A stretch of 64,000 bases of DNA from Bacilli bacterium (GTDB lineage: Bacteria; Bacillota_I; Bacilli_A; RFN20; CAG-826), in contig DAOSJI010000002.1 of NCBI GenBank assembly GCA_035367155.1, positions 38,786 through 102,785 of the forward strand, written 5' to 3'. Made by a program: the position numbers and the translations under genes. The notes beneath the pieces are model-generated. The model ran no database searches, was not told the DNA's origin, and worked only from the letters and a program-made list of their open reading frames with translations. How positions within the stretch are numbered: the first letter of the stretch is position 1; each line of letters starts with the position of its first letter. Shown here in pieces: positions 50,346 to 59,500 of the stretch.

Positions 50346-50380
50346 TTAAAAATGGCCATTAAAATTAATGGCCATTTTCG
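50346..50380 (+). terminator. Rho-independent terminator closing the glycan cluster
   Basis: 12-bp stem aatggccattaa (50351-50362) / ttaatggccatt (50365-50376) running into TTTT. Confidence 0.7.
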
Positions 50381-50456
50381 TTAGATTGAAAAATACCTGT
50401 TTTATAGTAAACTAAATATGCTTAGTTTATAAAACTAAGAAGTTAGGAGAAAACTT

Positions 50457-51206
50457 ATGGAATTAAAAAACGTGATTTCAAAACGATCATATAAAACCGT
50501 TTATGCTGAAGATGGAAAAATCATCAAATTATTTGTCAAGGGTTATCCAAAAACAAATGTTTTTAATGAAGCATTAAATCAAACTAGAATGGAAGATAGT
50601 GAAATTAATGTTCCTAAGGTAATTGAAGTTGTTGAAATTGATGGTTGTTGGGCTTTTATAAGCGAAGAAATAAAAGGTAAAACACTTGAGCAATTGATGA
50701 TTGAAAATCCAGAAAAGTTAGATGAGTATTTAGATTTATTTATTGATACACAAATATTAATGTCTAAACAAAATAGTTTTCTTCTTAACCCGTTAGTACA
50801 TCGAATGAGTCGCAGAATTGCCCGTAGTGAATTACGTGCTACAACTAGATATGATTTTCAAATTCGTTTGGAAGAAATGGAACAATTCCACGAAGTTGTT
50901 CATGGAGATTATAATCCAAGCAATATAATTATTGATGAAAATGGAAAAGTATGGGTTATTGATTGGGCGCATGTTAGTGAAGGTAATGCTGCAGCTGATG
51001 TTGCTAAAACATATTTATGGTTTAATCTACATAATCAAAACGAACTTTCAGAAAAATATTTAAAGCGTTATGTCGAAAGATCTGTAATAGAAGAAAAATT
51101 TATAAGAAACTGGATGCCGTTGGTTGCAGCGTGGATTTTAGACACCGCTTTAGAAGAAAAGAAGCCGTATTTGCGGGATATTGTTAAACAAGAGATCATG
51201 AGGTAA
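50457..51206 (+). CDS. Small APH/choline-kinase-family phosphotransferase
   Basis: Catalytic loop HGDYNPSNIII and IDW metal-binding motif. 249 aa. Confidence 0.7.
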   Translation: MELKNVISKRSYKTVYAEDGKIIKLFVKGYPKTNVFNEALNQTRMEDSEINVPKVIEVVEIDGCWAFISEEIKGKTLEQLMIENPEKLDEYLDLFIDTQILMSKQNSFLLNPLVHRMSRRIARSELRATTRYDFQIRLEEMEQFHEVVHGDYNPSNIIIDENGKVWVIDWAHVSEGNAAADVAKTYLWFNLHNQNELSEKYLKRYVERSVIEEKFIRNWMPLVAAWILDTALEEKKPYLRDIVKQEIMR

Positions 51207-51210
51207 AGCT

Positions 51211-52647
51211 ATGAATATAAAATTTGAAACACAAATAAGTGAATTAAAACATAAGGTTTTGGTAAAGGTTGCAACTTTGGCTTATCAAGATAGACTTCTT
51301 GAAGGATACCGTTATATTCCTCAAGAAATAAAACCTGGACCAACTGCAACAATGCGCTGTTGCAATCATAAAGAACAAGCGATTCTGCGAGAAAGAGTAA
51401 AGTTAGCATGCGGTGGGGATAGTCGTAACCCCAACATTATGGAAGTAATTAAAATTGCTTGTGATGAATGTCCTTTAGGTGGCTATACAGTAACTAATGT
51501 TTGTCGAGGCTGTATTGCACACTATTGCCAAGAAGCATGTCCAAAAAAATGTATTTATATTGATCCTATTGACCATACTGCTAAAATCGACAAAAGCAAA
51601 TGTATTAACTGTGGATTATGTGCTAAAGCATGTCCTTATAATGCAATCATTAATTATAGAAGACCTTGTGAAACGGCATGTCACGTAGATGCAATTACAA
51701 TTGATCAATATGGAGCATGTGAAATTGATAATAACAAATGTGTCTCGTGTGGGCACTGTGCAGTAAAATGTCCTTTTGGAGCAATTATGGATAAATCATA
51801 TCTTTTAGATGCGATTGATATTTTAAAAGATAAAAAGAATGAAAAATATAACAAATATGCAATTCTTGCACCTGCTATTGCTGGTCAATTTAGGGGAGTG
51901 AGTTATGAACAAGTAGTTACGGGTATTAAAAAACTTGGTTTCACTCATGTTGTTGAAGCGGCTTTAGGTGCTGATTTAGTTGCTATTGCTGAATCTCAAG
52001 AATTAATTGAAAAAGGCTTTTTAACTTCAAGTTGTTGCCCCGCCTTTGTTGAATTAATTAAAAAACACTATCCAAGTGTAGCACCACACATTTCACATAA
52101 TTTAAGTCCTCAAGCAACGATTGCAAAGTATATAAAAACTAATGATAACACTGCAAAAATAGTATTTATTGGTCCGTGCATGGCAAAAAAAGCAGAAATT
52201 AAAAAGACAGAAGAATCAAAATGGACAGATGTGGTTTTAACATTTGAAGAACTTTTGGCTCTTTTTGTTAGCCGAGAGGTTGATTTAGATTCTCTAGAAG
52301 CAACCCCGTTAACTGATGCAAGTTATTATGGAAGGATTTTTGGTAGATCTGGAGGATTAACCGAAGCCGTTACTCAAGCGATAAAAGAACTTGAAGTCGC
52401 CGGCTTTGAGTTTAAACCCTTAGTGTGTGATGGAATAGTTAACTGTAGAAGTGCACTTAATAAAGCTAAAGGAGATACTAAAGATTTTAATTTTCTTGAA
52501 GGGATGGCCTGTGAAGGCGGATGTATTGGTGGACCAGCGGTAATTAGTAAAGGAATTCGAAATAAAATAGAAGTTGATAAATTCGCCAAAACAACTACAA
52601 AAGAAACTATTAAAAGTTCAATTAAGGATGTAGAAAAAAATGATTGA
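51211..52647 (+). CDS. [FeFe]-hydrogenase-like protein with N-terminal ferredoxin-type cluster domains
   Basis: H-cluster-type motifs SSCCPAF, GPCMAKKAE and EGMACEGGCIGGP. 4Fe-4S motifs CINCGLCAKACP and CVSCGHCAVKCP. Confidence 0.8.
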   Translation: MNIKFETQISELKHKVLVKVATLAYQDRLLEGYRYIPQEIKPGPTATMRCCNHKEQAILRERVKLACGGDSRNPNIMEVIKIACDECPLGGYTVTNVCRGCIAHYCQEACPKKCIYIDPIDHTAKIDKSKCINCGLCAKACPYNAIINYRRPCETACHVDAITIDQYGACEIDNNKCVSCGHCAVKCPFGAIMDKSYLLDAIDILKDKKNEKYNKYAILAPAIAGQFRGVSYEQVVTGIKKLGFTHVVEAALGADLVAIAESQELIEKGFLTSSCCPAFVELIKKHYPSVAPHISHNLSPQATIAKYIKTNDNTAKIVFIGPCMAKKAEIKKTEESKWTDVVLTFEELLALFVSREVDLDSLEATPLTDASYYGRIFGRSGGLTEAVTQAIKELEVAGFEFKPLVCDGIVNCRSALNKAKGDTKDFNFLEGMACEGGCIGGPAVISKGIRNKIEVDKFAKTTTKETIKSSIKDVEKND

Positions 52648-52990
52648 TAAAAAAATATATGATGAGGTTATCGCCTTTAGTAGGGATCGAGATTGGGAAC
52701 AATATCATACTGGAAAAGATTTAGCAGTTAGTCTTGTTTTGGAAGCTTCTGAATTACTTGAGGTATATCAATGGTCAGGAAGTGACCAATGGGAAAACAC
52801 CAAAAAAGAAAAAATAGAAGAGGAATTAGCAGATATTTTAATGTATGTAATTTTAATTGCAGATGCTTATAAACTTGATTTAAATGTAATTTTGAAAAAC
52901 AAATTGAGTACCAATAATAAGAAATACCCATTGGAAATGAGTAAAGGTAGCAAGGAAAAATATGATGAGCTCAAAAGAAAAAAAAGATAA
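52640..52990 (+). CDS. MazG-like nucleoside triphosphate pyrophosphohydrolase
   Basis: EASELLE and EELADILMYV metal-binding helices. 116 aa. Confidence 0.8.
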   Translation: MIDKKIYDEVIAFSRDRDWEQYHTGKDLAVSLVLEASELLEVYQWSGSDQWENTKKEKIEEELADILMYVILIADAYKLDLNVILKNKLSTNNKKYPLEMSKGSKEKYDELKRKKR

Positions 52991-53225
52991 AATATTAAAA
53001 ATAATAGCGACAATAGGTGGCGTTTTACTATTAGTAGCAGGTATGGTAATACTGGGGTATGGAATCATTAAGTATTTTGGTGCTTTGATGCATAATAGTG
53101 ATTTAGAAACTGGTCAACAAGCCATTGAGACAAGCATTTTACCTTTTATTATTAGTTCCCCATTACTCTTTGGTGGTTTTTTCTTAATAGTTTTAGGTGT
53201 TGGAAAGAAAAAAACAAAATTATGA
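52962..53225 (+). CDS. Small two-TM membrane protein
   Basis: 87 aa with two hydrophobic helices and lysine-rich ends. Overlaps both neighbours, suggesting translational coupling. Confidence 0.5.
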   Translation: MMSSKEKKDKILKIIATIGGVLLLVAGMVILGYGIIKYFGALMHNSDLETGQQAIETSILPFIISSPLLFGGFFLIVLGVGKKKTKL

Positions 53226-54115
53226 AAAAAAACAAAGGCCGTGTAAAACAAAAAAACGAAGAGTATCAAGTAAAAGAAACTTCGCAACTTTTTGATTTTT
53301 TAATGGAAAATCTTAAAGGAAGAAGTCGGAATAATATAAAAAGTCTTTTAACGAGAAAACAAATTTTAGTAAATGATATTGTAGTTTCGCAATACAATTT
53401 TGAATTGGTAAAGGGTGATGTAATAAAGGTAACACCATTTCGTAATACAGTAACGAACAAAATGAAATTACCTATCATCTACGAAGATGATATGTTAATT
53501 GTTATTAATAAACCCACTGGACTTCTTTCAATAGCAAGTGATAAAGAAAAAGAAGCTACGGCATATCGATATGTTAACGAATATCTAAGGCAAGAAAATC
53601 CTAATGCGAGAGCCTTTGTGTTGCATCGACTCGATAAAGAAACGTCTGGGATTTTGATGTTTTCTAAAACACCCAACTTAGTAAATGCATTGCACAAAAA
53701 CTGGAACCATTTCGTCACAAAACGAGCCTATTTTGTAGTGATAAAAGGAAAAATACCCCAAAATAGCGGAGTTATTAAATCCTATTTGCACCAAAGTAAA
53801 ACACAGCAAGTTTACTCTGGTGCTAAAACTAAAGACGCAAAATATTCTGAAACTCATTACGAGTTTTTAAGAGGAAATAATGAATTTTCACTTTATGATG
53901 TTAAATTACAAACGGGAAGAAAAAATCAAATAAGAGTACATTTTAGAGATTTAGGGTATCCAATTATTGGTGATGATAAATATAACGGAGAAACTACGAA
54001 AATTAAAAGACTAGGCCTTCATGCTTACGAGATAGTTTTTAAAAATCCAATTACTAAGAAAATAATGTCATTTAAAACCCCAATACCCAAAGAATTTAAT
54101 CTGCTTCTCAAGTAA
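53222..54115 (+). CDS. RluA-family pseudouridine synthase with an N-terminal S4-like domain
   Basis: Catalytic motif HRLDKETSGILMF. Confidence 0.9.
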   Translation: MKKNKGRVKQKNEEYQVKETSQLFDFLMENLKGRSRNNIKSLLTRKQILVNDIVVSQYNFELVKGDVIKVTPFRNTVTNKMKLPIIYEDDMLIVINKPTGLLSIASDKEKEATAYRYVNEYLRQENPNARAFVLHRLDKETSGILMFSKTPNLVNALHKNWNHFVTKRAYFVVIKGKIPQNSGVIKSYLHQSKTQQVYSGAKTKDAKYSETHYEFLRGNNEFSLYDVKLQTGRKNQIRVHFRDLGYPIIGDDKYNGETTKIKRLGLHAYEIVFKNPITKKIMSFKTPIPKEFNLLLK

Positions 54116-54130
54116 ATATTATTAGTATAT

Positions 54131-54166
54131 AAAAAAGTCGAAATATATGTATTTCGCTTTTTTGTT
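54131..54166 (+). terminator. Rho-independent terminator
   Basis: Stem cgaaata (54139-54145) / tatttcg (54150-54156) followed by a T-run. A TATAAT hexamer lies downstream, ahead of the next operon. Confidence 0.6.
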
Positions 54167-54197
54167 CTTTTTTCGTATAATATAAAGCGGTAGATTT

Positions 54198-55700
54198 ATG
54201 ATTAAGCAATTATTACAACATGTAAAAGATGCATTACTCTCTGTATTACCAGTCACACTGACGGTTATTTTATTACATTTTACAGGTCTTGTTCCGCTTG
54301 GAGACAATATAATTACTTTTGTAATTGGAGCCATTTTTTTAGTTGTAGGTTTAATTTTATTTAATATAGGTGTTAGTGAATCACTTTTAAAAGTTGGAGA
54401 AATGATTGGATCATCACTTGTAAAAGTTTCAAAATTTCCTTTATTAATATTAATTGTCTTTATTATGGGGTTTGTGATTACATCCGCCGAACCATCAGTA
54501 ATGCTTTTAGCGACACAAACCCCTATTAATAAATATGTTTTTGTTTTTGTTGTTGCAGGTGGCGTTGGATTATATCTCGTTTTAGCAGTTTTAAAAGTTA
54601 TTTTTAACAAACACTTTAATGCTTTTGCAATAACGACATATGTCTTAATCTTTGGCTGTGCAATACTTGTTGCACCAGAATTTTTACCTATGGCATTTGA
54701 TTCATCTGGAGTAGCCACAGGAGTAGTAACAGTTCCATTCATTATTGCGATTGGCACGGGTGTAGCAATGACTCTTTCAAAAAGAAAAGCACAAGAAGAT
54801 AGTTTCGGTTTTGTAGGATTTGCTATTCTTGGACCTATTTTATTTGTAATTATTATGGGAATTTTTAGTGATAAACCGACTTATTCTTTAAGCGAAGGCG
54901 GCGAAGTATTAACAATTACACAAATGATTTTAACCGCTATTAAACAATCGGCGATAGATAACGCATTAGTACTTGTACCCATATTAATCTTTTTTGTAAT
55001 TTATCAGGCATTTTATATTAAATTATCAAAAAAACAATTACTTAGAATTGGAATAGGGTTTATTTATGTATATGTTGGATTACTCCTATTTATTGCAGGA
55101 GCAAATATTGGTTATGTTCCAATTGGTAATCTTATTGGAGAAGTATTAGTTAATAAAAATAATTTAGCGATTATGCTAGCAATTATTGCTTTAATAGGTG
55201 GTTTAGCATGTTTAGCAGAACCAAGTGTTCATGTTTTAGGATCAAGAGTTGAGGAGATAAGTGATGGAACAATTAAGAAAACTACTCTTGTTTTGACGTT
55301 AGCAGGTGGTGTATGTATCTCAATGATGCTATCTGTAATACGTGTATATTTTGACTTTTCATTTATGTATTTTATCGTTCCAGGTTATTTTATTGCGGTC
55401 GCATTAACATTTATAGTTCCTCGTGTTTATACATCTATTGCTTTTGATGGTGGTGGTGCTGTTAGTAGTGCTCTTACTGCAAGTTTTCTCGCACCAATCG
55501 TAATGGGTGTTGCTATAGCAATTCCAGGGCGTAATTTAGTTTTAAACGGACTAGGAACAATAGGATTAATTTCGATGATGCCTTTAATAACTATTCAATT
55601 ATTAGGCTTTGGAGCAATGCTTAAAGAACGTGCTGCTATTCGTATTAGTAAGGCTAGACGAATTGAAGAATACGAAGCAGAAATTATCTATTTTAATTAA
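54198..55700 (+). CDS. Internally duplicated polytopic membrane protein (DUF1538-like)
   Basis: Two homologous halves. AEPSVMLLA matches AEPSVHVLG, and AFDSSGVATG matches AFDGGGAVSS. The family name is from recollection. Confidence 0.55.
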   Translation: MIKQLLQHVKDALLSVLPVTLTVILLHFTGLVPLGDNIITFVIGAIFLVVGLILFNIGVSESLLKVGEMIGSSLVKVSKFPLLILIVFIMGFVITSAEPSVMLLATQTPINKYVFVFVVAGGVGLYLVLAVLKVIFNKHFNAFAITTYVLIFGCAILVAPEFLPMAFDSSGVATGVVTVPFIIAIGTGVAMTLSKRKAQEDSFGFVGFAILGPILFVIIMGIFSDKPTYSLSEGGEVLTITQMILTAIKQSAIDNALVLVPILIFFVIYQAFYIKLSKKQLLRIGIGFIYVYVGLLLFIAGANIGYVPIGNLIGEVLVNKNNLAIMLAIIALIGGLACLAEPSVHVLGSRVEEISDGTIKKTTLVLTLAGGVCISMMLSVIRVYFDFSFMYFIVPGYFIAVALTFIVPRVYTSIAFDGGGAVSSALTASFLAPIVMGVAIAIPGRNLVLNGLGTIGLISMMPLITIQLLGFGAMLKERAAIRISKARRIEEYEAEIIYFN

Positions 55701-55712
55701 GGAGGCAACATA

Positions 55713-56129
55713 GTGAAAAACGCATTAACAAAACACGCTAAAACTACAGTACGAAAGCCTTTTAGTGAAACAAATGAAATTAAAAAGCTATCTTTACTAG
55801 TTACGATTGTTGATCGTGATGCCAGTGATGTTTTTGTTGATTATTTTCAAACACTAGAAAGTAACCTCCAAATCATTATTTTTGGTAAAGGAACAGCGAC
55901 AAGTGAACTAATTTCATTGCTTGGTTTAAGCGAACCCAACAAAGATATCTTATTAACTATTATTAAAGAAGAAAAAATAGATGAAGCATTTAATTATATA
56001 AAACGAAGATTTGAAATATCAAAAAAACATAAAGGTGTTGCCTTTAGTATCGGGCTTGAATCTATGATAGGTGTATCAATTTATAAATATTTATCAAATA
56101 ATGTTTTAAACAAACAAAAAGGAGCTTAA
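55713..56129 (+). CDS. PII-like signal-transduction protein paralog 1
   Basis: 138 aa with a beta-alpha-beta pattern, LLVTIVDRD...FGKGTATSE. The start is GTG. Confidence 0.5.
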   Translation: MKNALTKHAKTTVRKPFSETNEIKKLSLLVTIVDRDASDVFVDYFQTLESNLQIIIFGKGTATSELISLLGLSEPNKDILLTIIKEEKIDEAFNYIKRRFEISKKHKGVAFSIGLESMIGVSIYKYLSNNVLNKQKGA

Positions 56130-56130
56130 G

Positions 56131-56511
56131 ATGGACAAAAAAGAAACAAATTTAATTATTGTTATTATCAATTCAGGATTTGTAGATCTTGTTATGGATG
56201 CCGCAAAAGCAGCTGGAGCCGGTGGAGGAACGGTCCTTCACGGCAGAGGAACTGGAAACAAAGAAATTGAAAAACTTTTTGGTATTACAATTAGTCCAAA
56301 TAAAGAAATTGTCTTAATCGTAGTTCCTAATCAAATTAAAGATAAGGTTATGAAAGCTATTTATAATAATGCTGGCCTAGATACAGAAGGGCAAGGTATT
56401 ATCTTTTCACTACCGCTTGATCGAGTTGTAGGAGTAAATTTCAATCATTTTAACAAAAATGCTGAAAACAACAATACAACTGATGATACAAAAAATGGTA
56501 ACCAAGAGTAA
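56131..56511 (+). CDS. PII-like signal-transduction protein paralog 2
   Basis: LIIVIINSGFVDLVMDAAKAAGAGGGTVLHGRGTG is typical of the PII-like proteins that follow DUF1538 genes. Confidence 0.6.
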   Translation: MDKKETNLIIVIINSGFVDLVMDAAKAAGAGGGTVLHGRGTGNKEIEKLFGITISPNKEIVLIVVPNQIKDKVMKAIYNNAGLDTEGQGIIFSLPLDRVVGVNFNHFNKNAENNNTTDDTKNGNQE

Positions 56512-59500
56512 AAGAACAATCATTTTTAATTATCTTCATGTAACGCTATTAGCGCTTTTTTATCTTGTAACTTTGATGGTTGCTCCAAGAGGGCAATATG
56601 ATAAAGGAGTAGCGCCTTTACTTTGGTTTATATTCATTACAGTCATCCTTGTAAGTTTAATAACTATAAACATAATATTAATCATTAGAAAAAAACAAGA
56701 CAAAAAACGCATATTTGCAATTTTAACCACGTTATTGTCGCTTTTTCCTTTCTACCAATCATTGCGTAGACTTGCCAGTTTACTAAGTCCAGTAAATAGT
56801 TTATACACTGAATTTCCTGTTCTTGCAATTTTATTTATTTTAATTTTTCTTCTTTATTTAATATGTGCTGTAACATTTTTGATAAATCAATTAACCATAA
56901 TAGATAAAGAATATGAAACCGTAAAAGAAGAAAAATTAAACTTGCAAAAAAGATGGACTATTTTTCTTGAAAGATTTGGTAGAACTGAAAATCCTTTATA
57001 TTTTTATATAATTTCATTATTTATAATAGCGATTTTATTTTTCTCATCAAGTTTATTTAAAGAGTCTTTTACAATTCCTTTTGGTGGCGATTTTACTCAA
57101 CAACAGCTTCAATTTTATATTAATGGTTATGATGATTACTGGTCCTTTTTTAAGACAGGACAGTTTCCTTTATGGGACACAAATACTTTTCTTGGTGTAA
57201 ATAACATTGGATCAAATGCATTTTACTATGCACTAAATCCATTTTTTCTACCAATCTTAGTATTCCCTCGCTCCTTAGTTCCACAGGGGATCTCGGTACT
57301 AATGATTACAAAATTTGTTTTGGCCGCTTTATCTATGAGAGCTTATTTAAAATACATGGGAATAAAAGAAACTACAGCGAGACTTTTTGCATTAATGTAC
57401 GCATTTTGCGGGTGGAATGTCTATTATTTATGGTTTAACCACTTTATGGAAGTTACTGTAATGTTTCCTCTTGTATTTTTAGGAATTGAAAAAGTATTTA
57501 AAGAACGTCAACCATTTTTCTTAGCACTAAGCTTAGCAATAATGGGTTTAGCAAATTATTTCTTCTTAGTTACCACATGTATGGTCGGAGTTTTATATGC
57601 TGGATTTCGTTATATTCAACTATTTAGTAAGTTTCCCAATAATAGAGTTCGCCTTGAAGTCATCGGGATCGGGTTTTTAGGATTTTTATTTGGTATTCTT
57701 GGATCTGGCATTGCTTTTTTACCAGGATTAGATGTAGCAAGAAATAGTGATCGCGTTACAAATGCAACATATTTAGATAATCTTAAATCAACATTTAAAG
57801 CAAAAGATTGGAAAACACTTGTAGCATATTTAACTAAATGGGAAACACAAAATGAGTCTTTTGAATATAAAAAGTTTTATCCCCTCATTTCTTTTTTATT
57901 CCCAACTATATCAGATCGCAGTGTTACGTTACTGAATAGAAGTTCCTACGATAACACTATTTCTAGTTTATTTACTTTTACGCCTATAACACTTCTATTA
58001 ATTCCATCTTTGATTCATTCTTTTAAGAAAAGAAAGGCAAGTCCTTTTATAGCGCTAGGTTTGTTCCTTTTAGCTATTTTTACTCCTTTCGCGTATAACC
58101 TATTTCATGGTTTTACAAAAGAATATGGAAGGTGGCAGCTGTTCCCTGTGTTTTTACTTATTACTTATGTAGCGTCATCATATGAAGAAAGAAAAGAGTT
58201 TAAACGATGGTATTTTGATGTCTCATTTGTTGTAATTGCTTTACTTATGGGTATTACTTATTTATGGGCGTTTAATTATCAAAACAAGAATACATTTACA
58301 TTTTTATTTCAACGAGAATATGTGGCATATTATCAATTTGGGGTCCTTTTTGTCGTATATTTAACGTTTAGATATATGTATGAAAAGAAAGTAGTAAGTC
58401 CAATTTTATTTGCTCTAACAACAATTGAAGTGGTAATAATGGGTGTCTTGACACTTAATTTCCACGGGACGATATCATATCAAAATCATGTTTTCGGGGG
58501 TCAAATTAACTATAAACACGATGAAGAAGTTACTAGAAAAATTAAATCTTTAGATGGCTCCTATTATAGGGTTTATTCTACTAGTGCTAGAAAAGGAAGA
58601 GATAATCTCCCGATGGCTCTTGATTACAATGGTGTCACGACTTTTCACTCGTTGTATAATTTTGAATTAATGGACTTTAATTATTGGAGTAAGATTAACT
58701 ATAACTATTTAGGTTGGTCACTTGGTGTACACGAAAAAAGACCATTCTTGGATCAATTTCTAAATATAAAATATTATGTTATGAAACCAAGTGAAGCAAA
58801 TCCAACAATTGAAGAAAAAGACAATGTCATTTTACGCCCAAATGTTCCTCTAACACATATCTTATATGAAGAAATGTCTACTGAACATCGATTAGTATAT
58901 GGGAACGAAAATCATTTTAATACTGGTTTTGCAGTCGACAACATCATGTCATATGAACAATTTGATGGCGAAAAAATTGTCGATGTTGTGCGCAATTCAG
59001 GAAGAACAGGAATTATTAAAATTGAAGAATTATACTTAAAGTCTGCTATTCTTTCTTTTGATGATTTTAACGAAGTAAAAAAGAATCACCCTACTTTTAA
59101 TGAAATAGATTTTAAATATTATCAAATGAACGCTCATCAATATTCAAATAATTTAAGTAGCGATTTTGGTTTTAGTAAAACTATATATTATTGTAGTAAG
59201 GAATTTCCGATTACAAAACTTAATTCTAATGAATTGAATTTAAGATCTTGTACAGTCTTTAATGTTGGATCTAAACCACATGTAGGGATAGTTTTTGAAA
59301 GAAATAATGGCGAACCATTTTTATTTAACAGCGGATCTATAATTTTTCAATATCCAATAGCAGCAAAAGCCAACATTTATTTACTTGGTACTGATGGATC
59401 AGTTGTTACATATGATAATCACACATCTCCAAGTGGATCAACAACCTATAAAGTTTTACGTGGCTTTTCTGCAAGTAAAGCGATTAAACGGATAATTATT

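Noticed and set aside
50408-50429. Hairpin taaactaa-atatgc-ttagttta upstream of the kinase gene, as a possible riboswitch or attenuator
   Set aside because: It is an 8-bp all-A/T-rich stem with no following T-run and no conserved riboswitch core sequence that I recognise. It is too weak to call.
54122-54757. 211-aa minus-strand ORF antisense to the DUF1538-like gene
   Set aside because: It lies almost entirely inside a plus-strand gene that has clear internal-duplication structure. Its sequence is low-complexity (T/K/I/P-rich), has no RBS and has no recognisable motifs. It is a shadow ORF.
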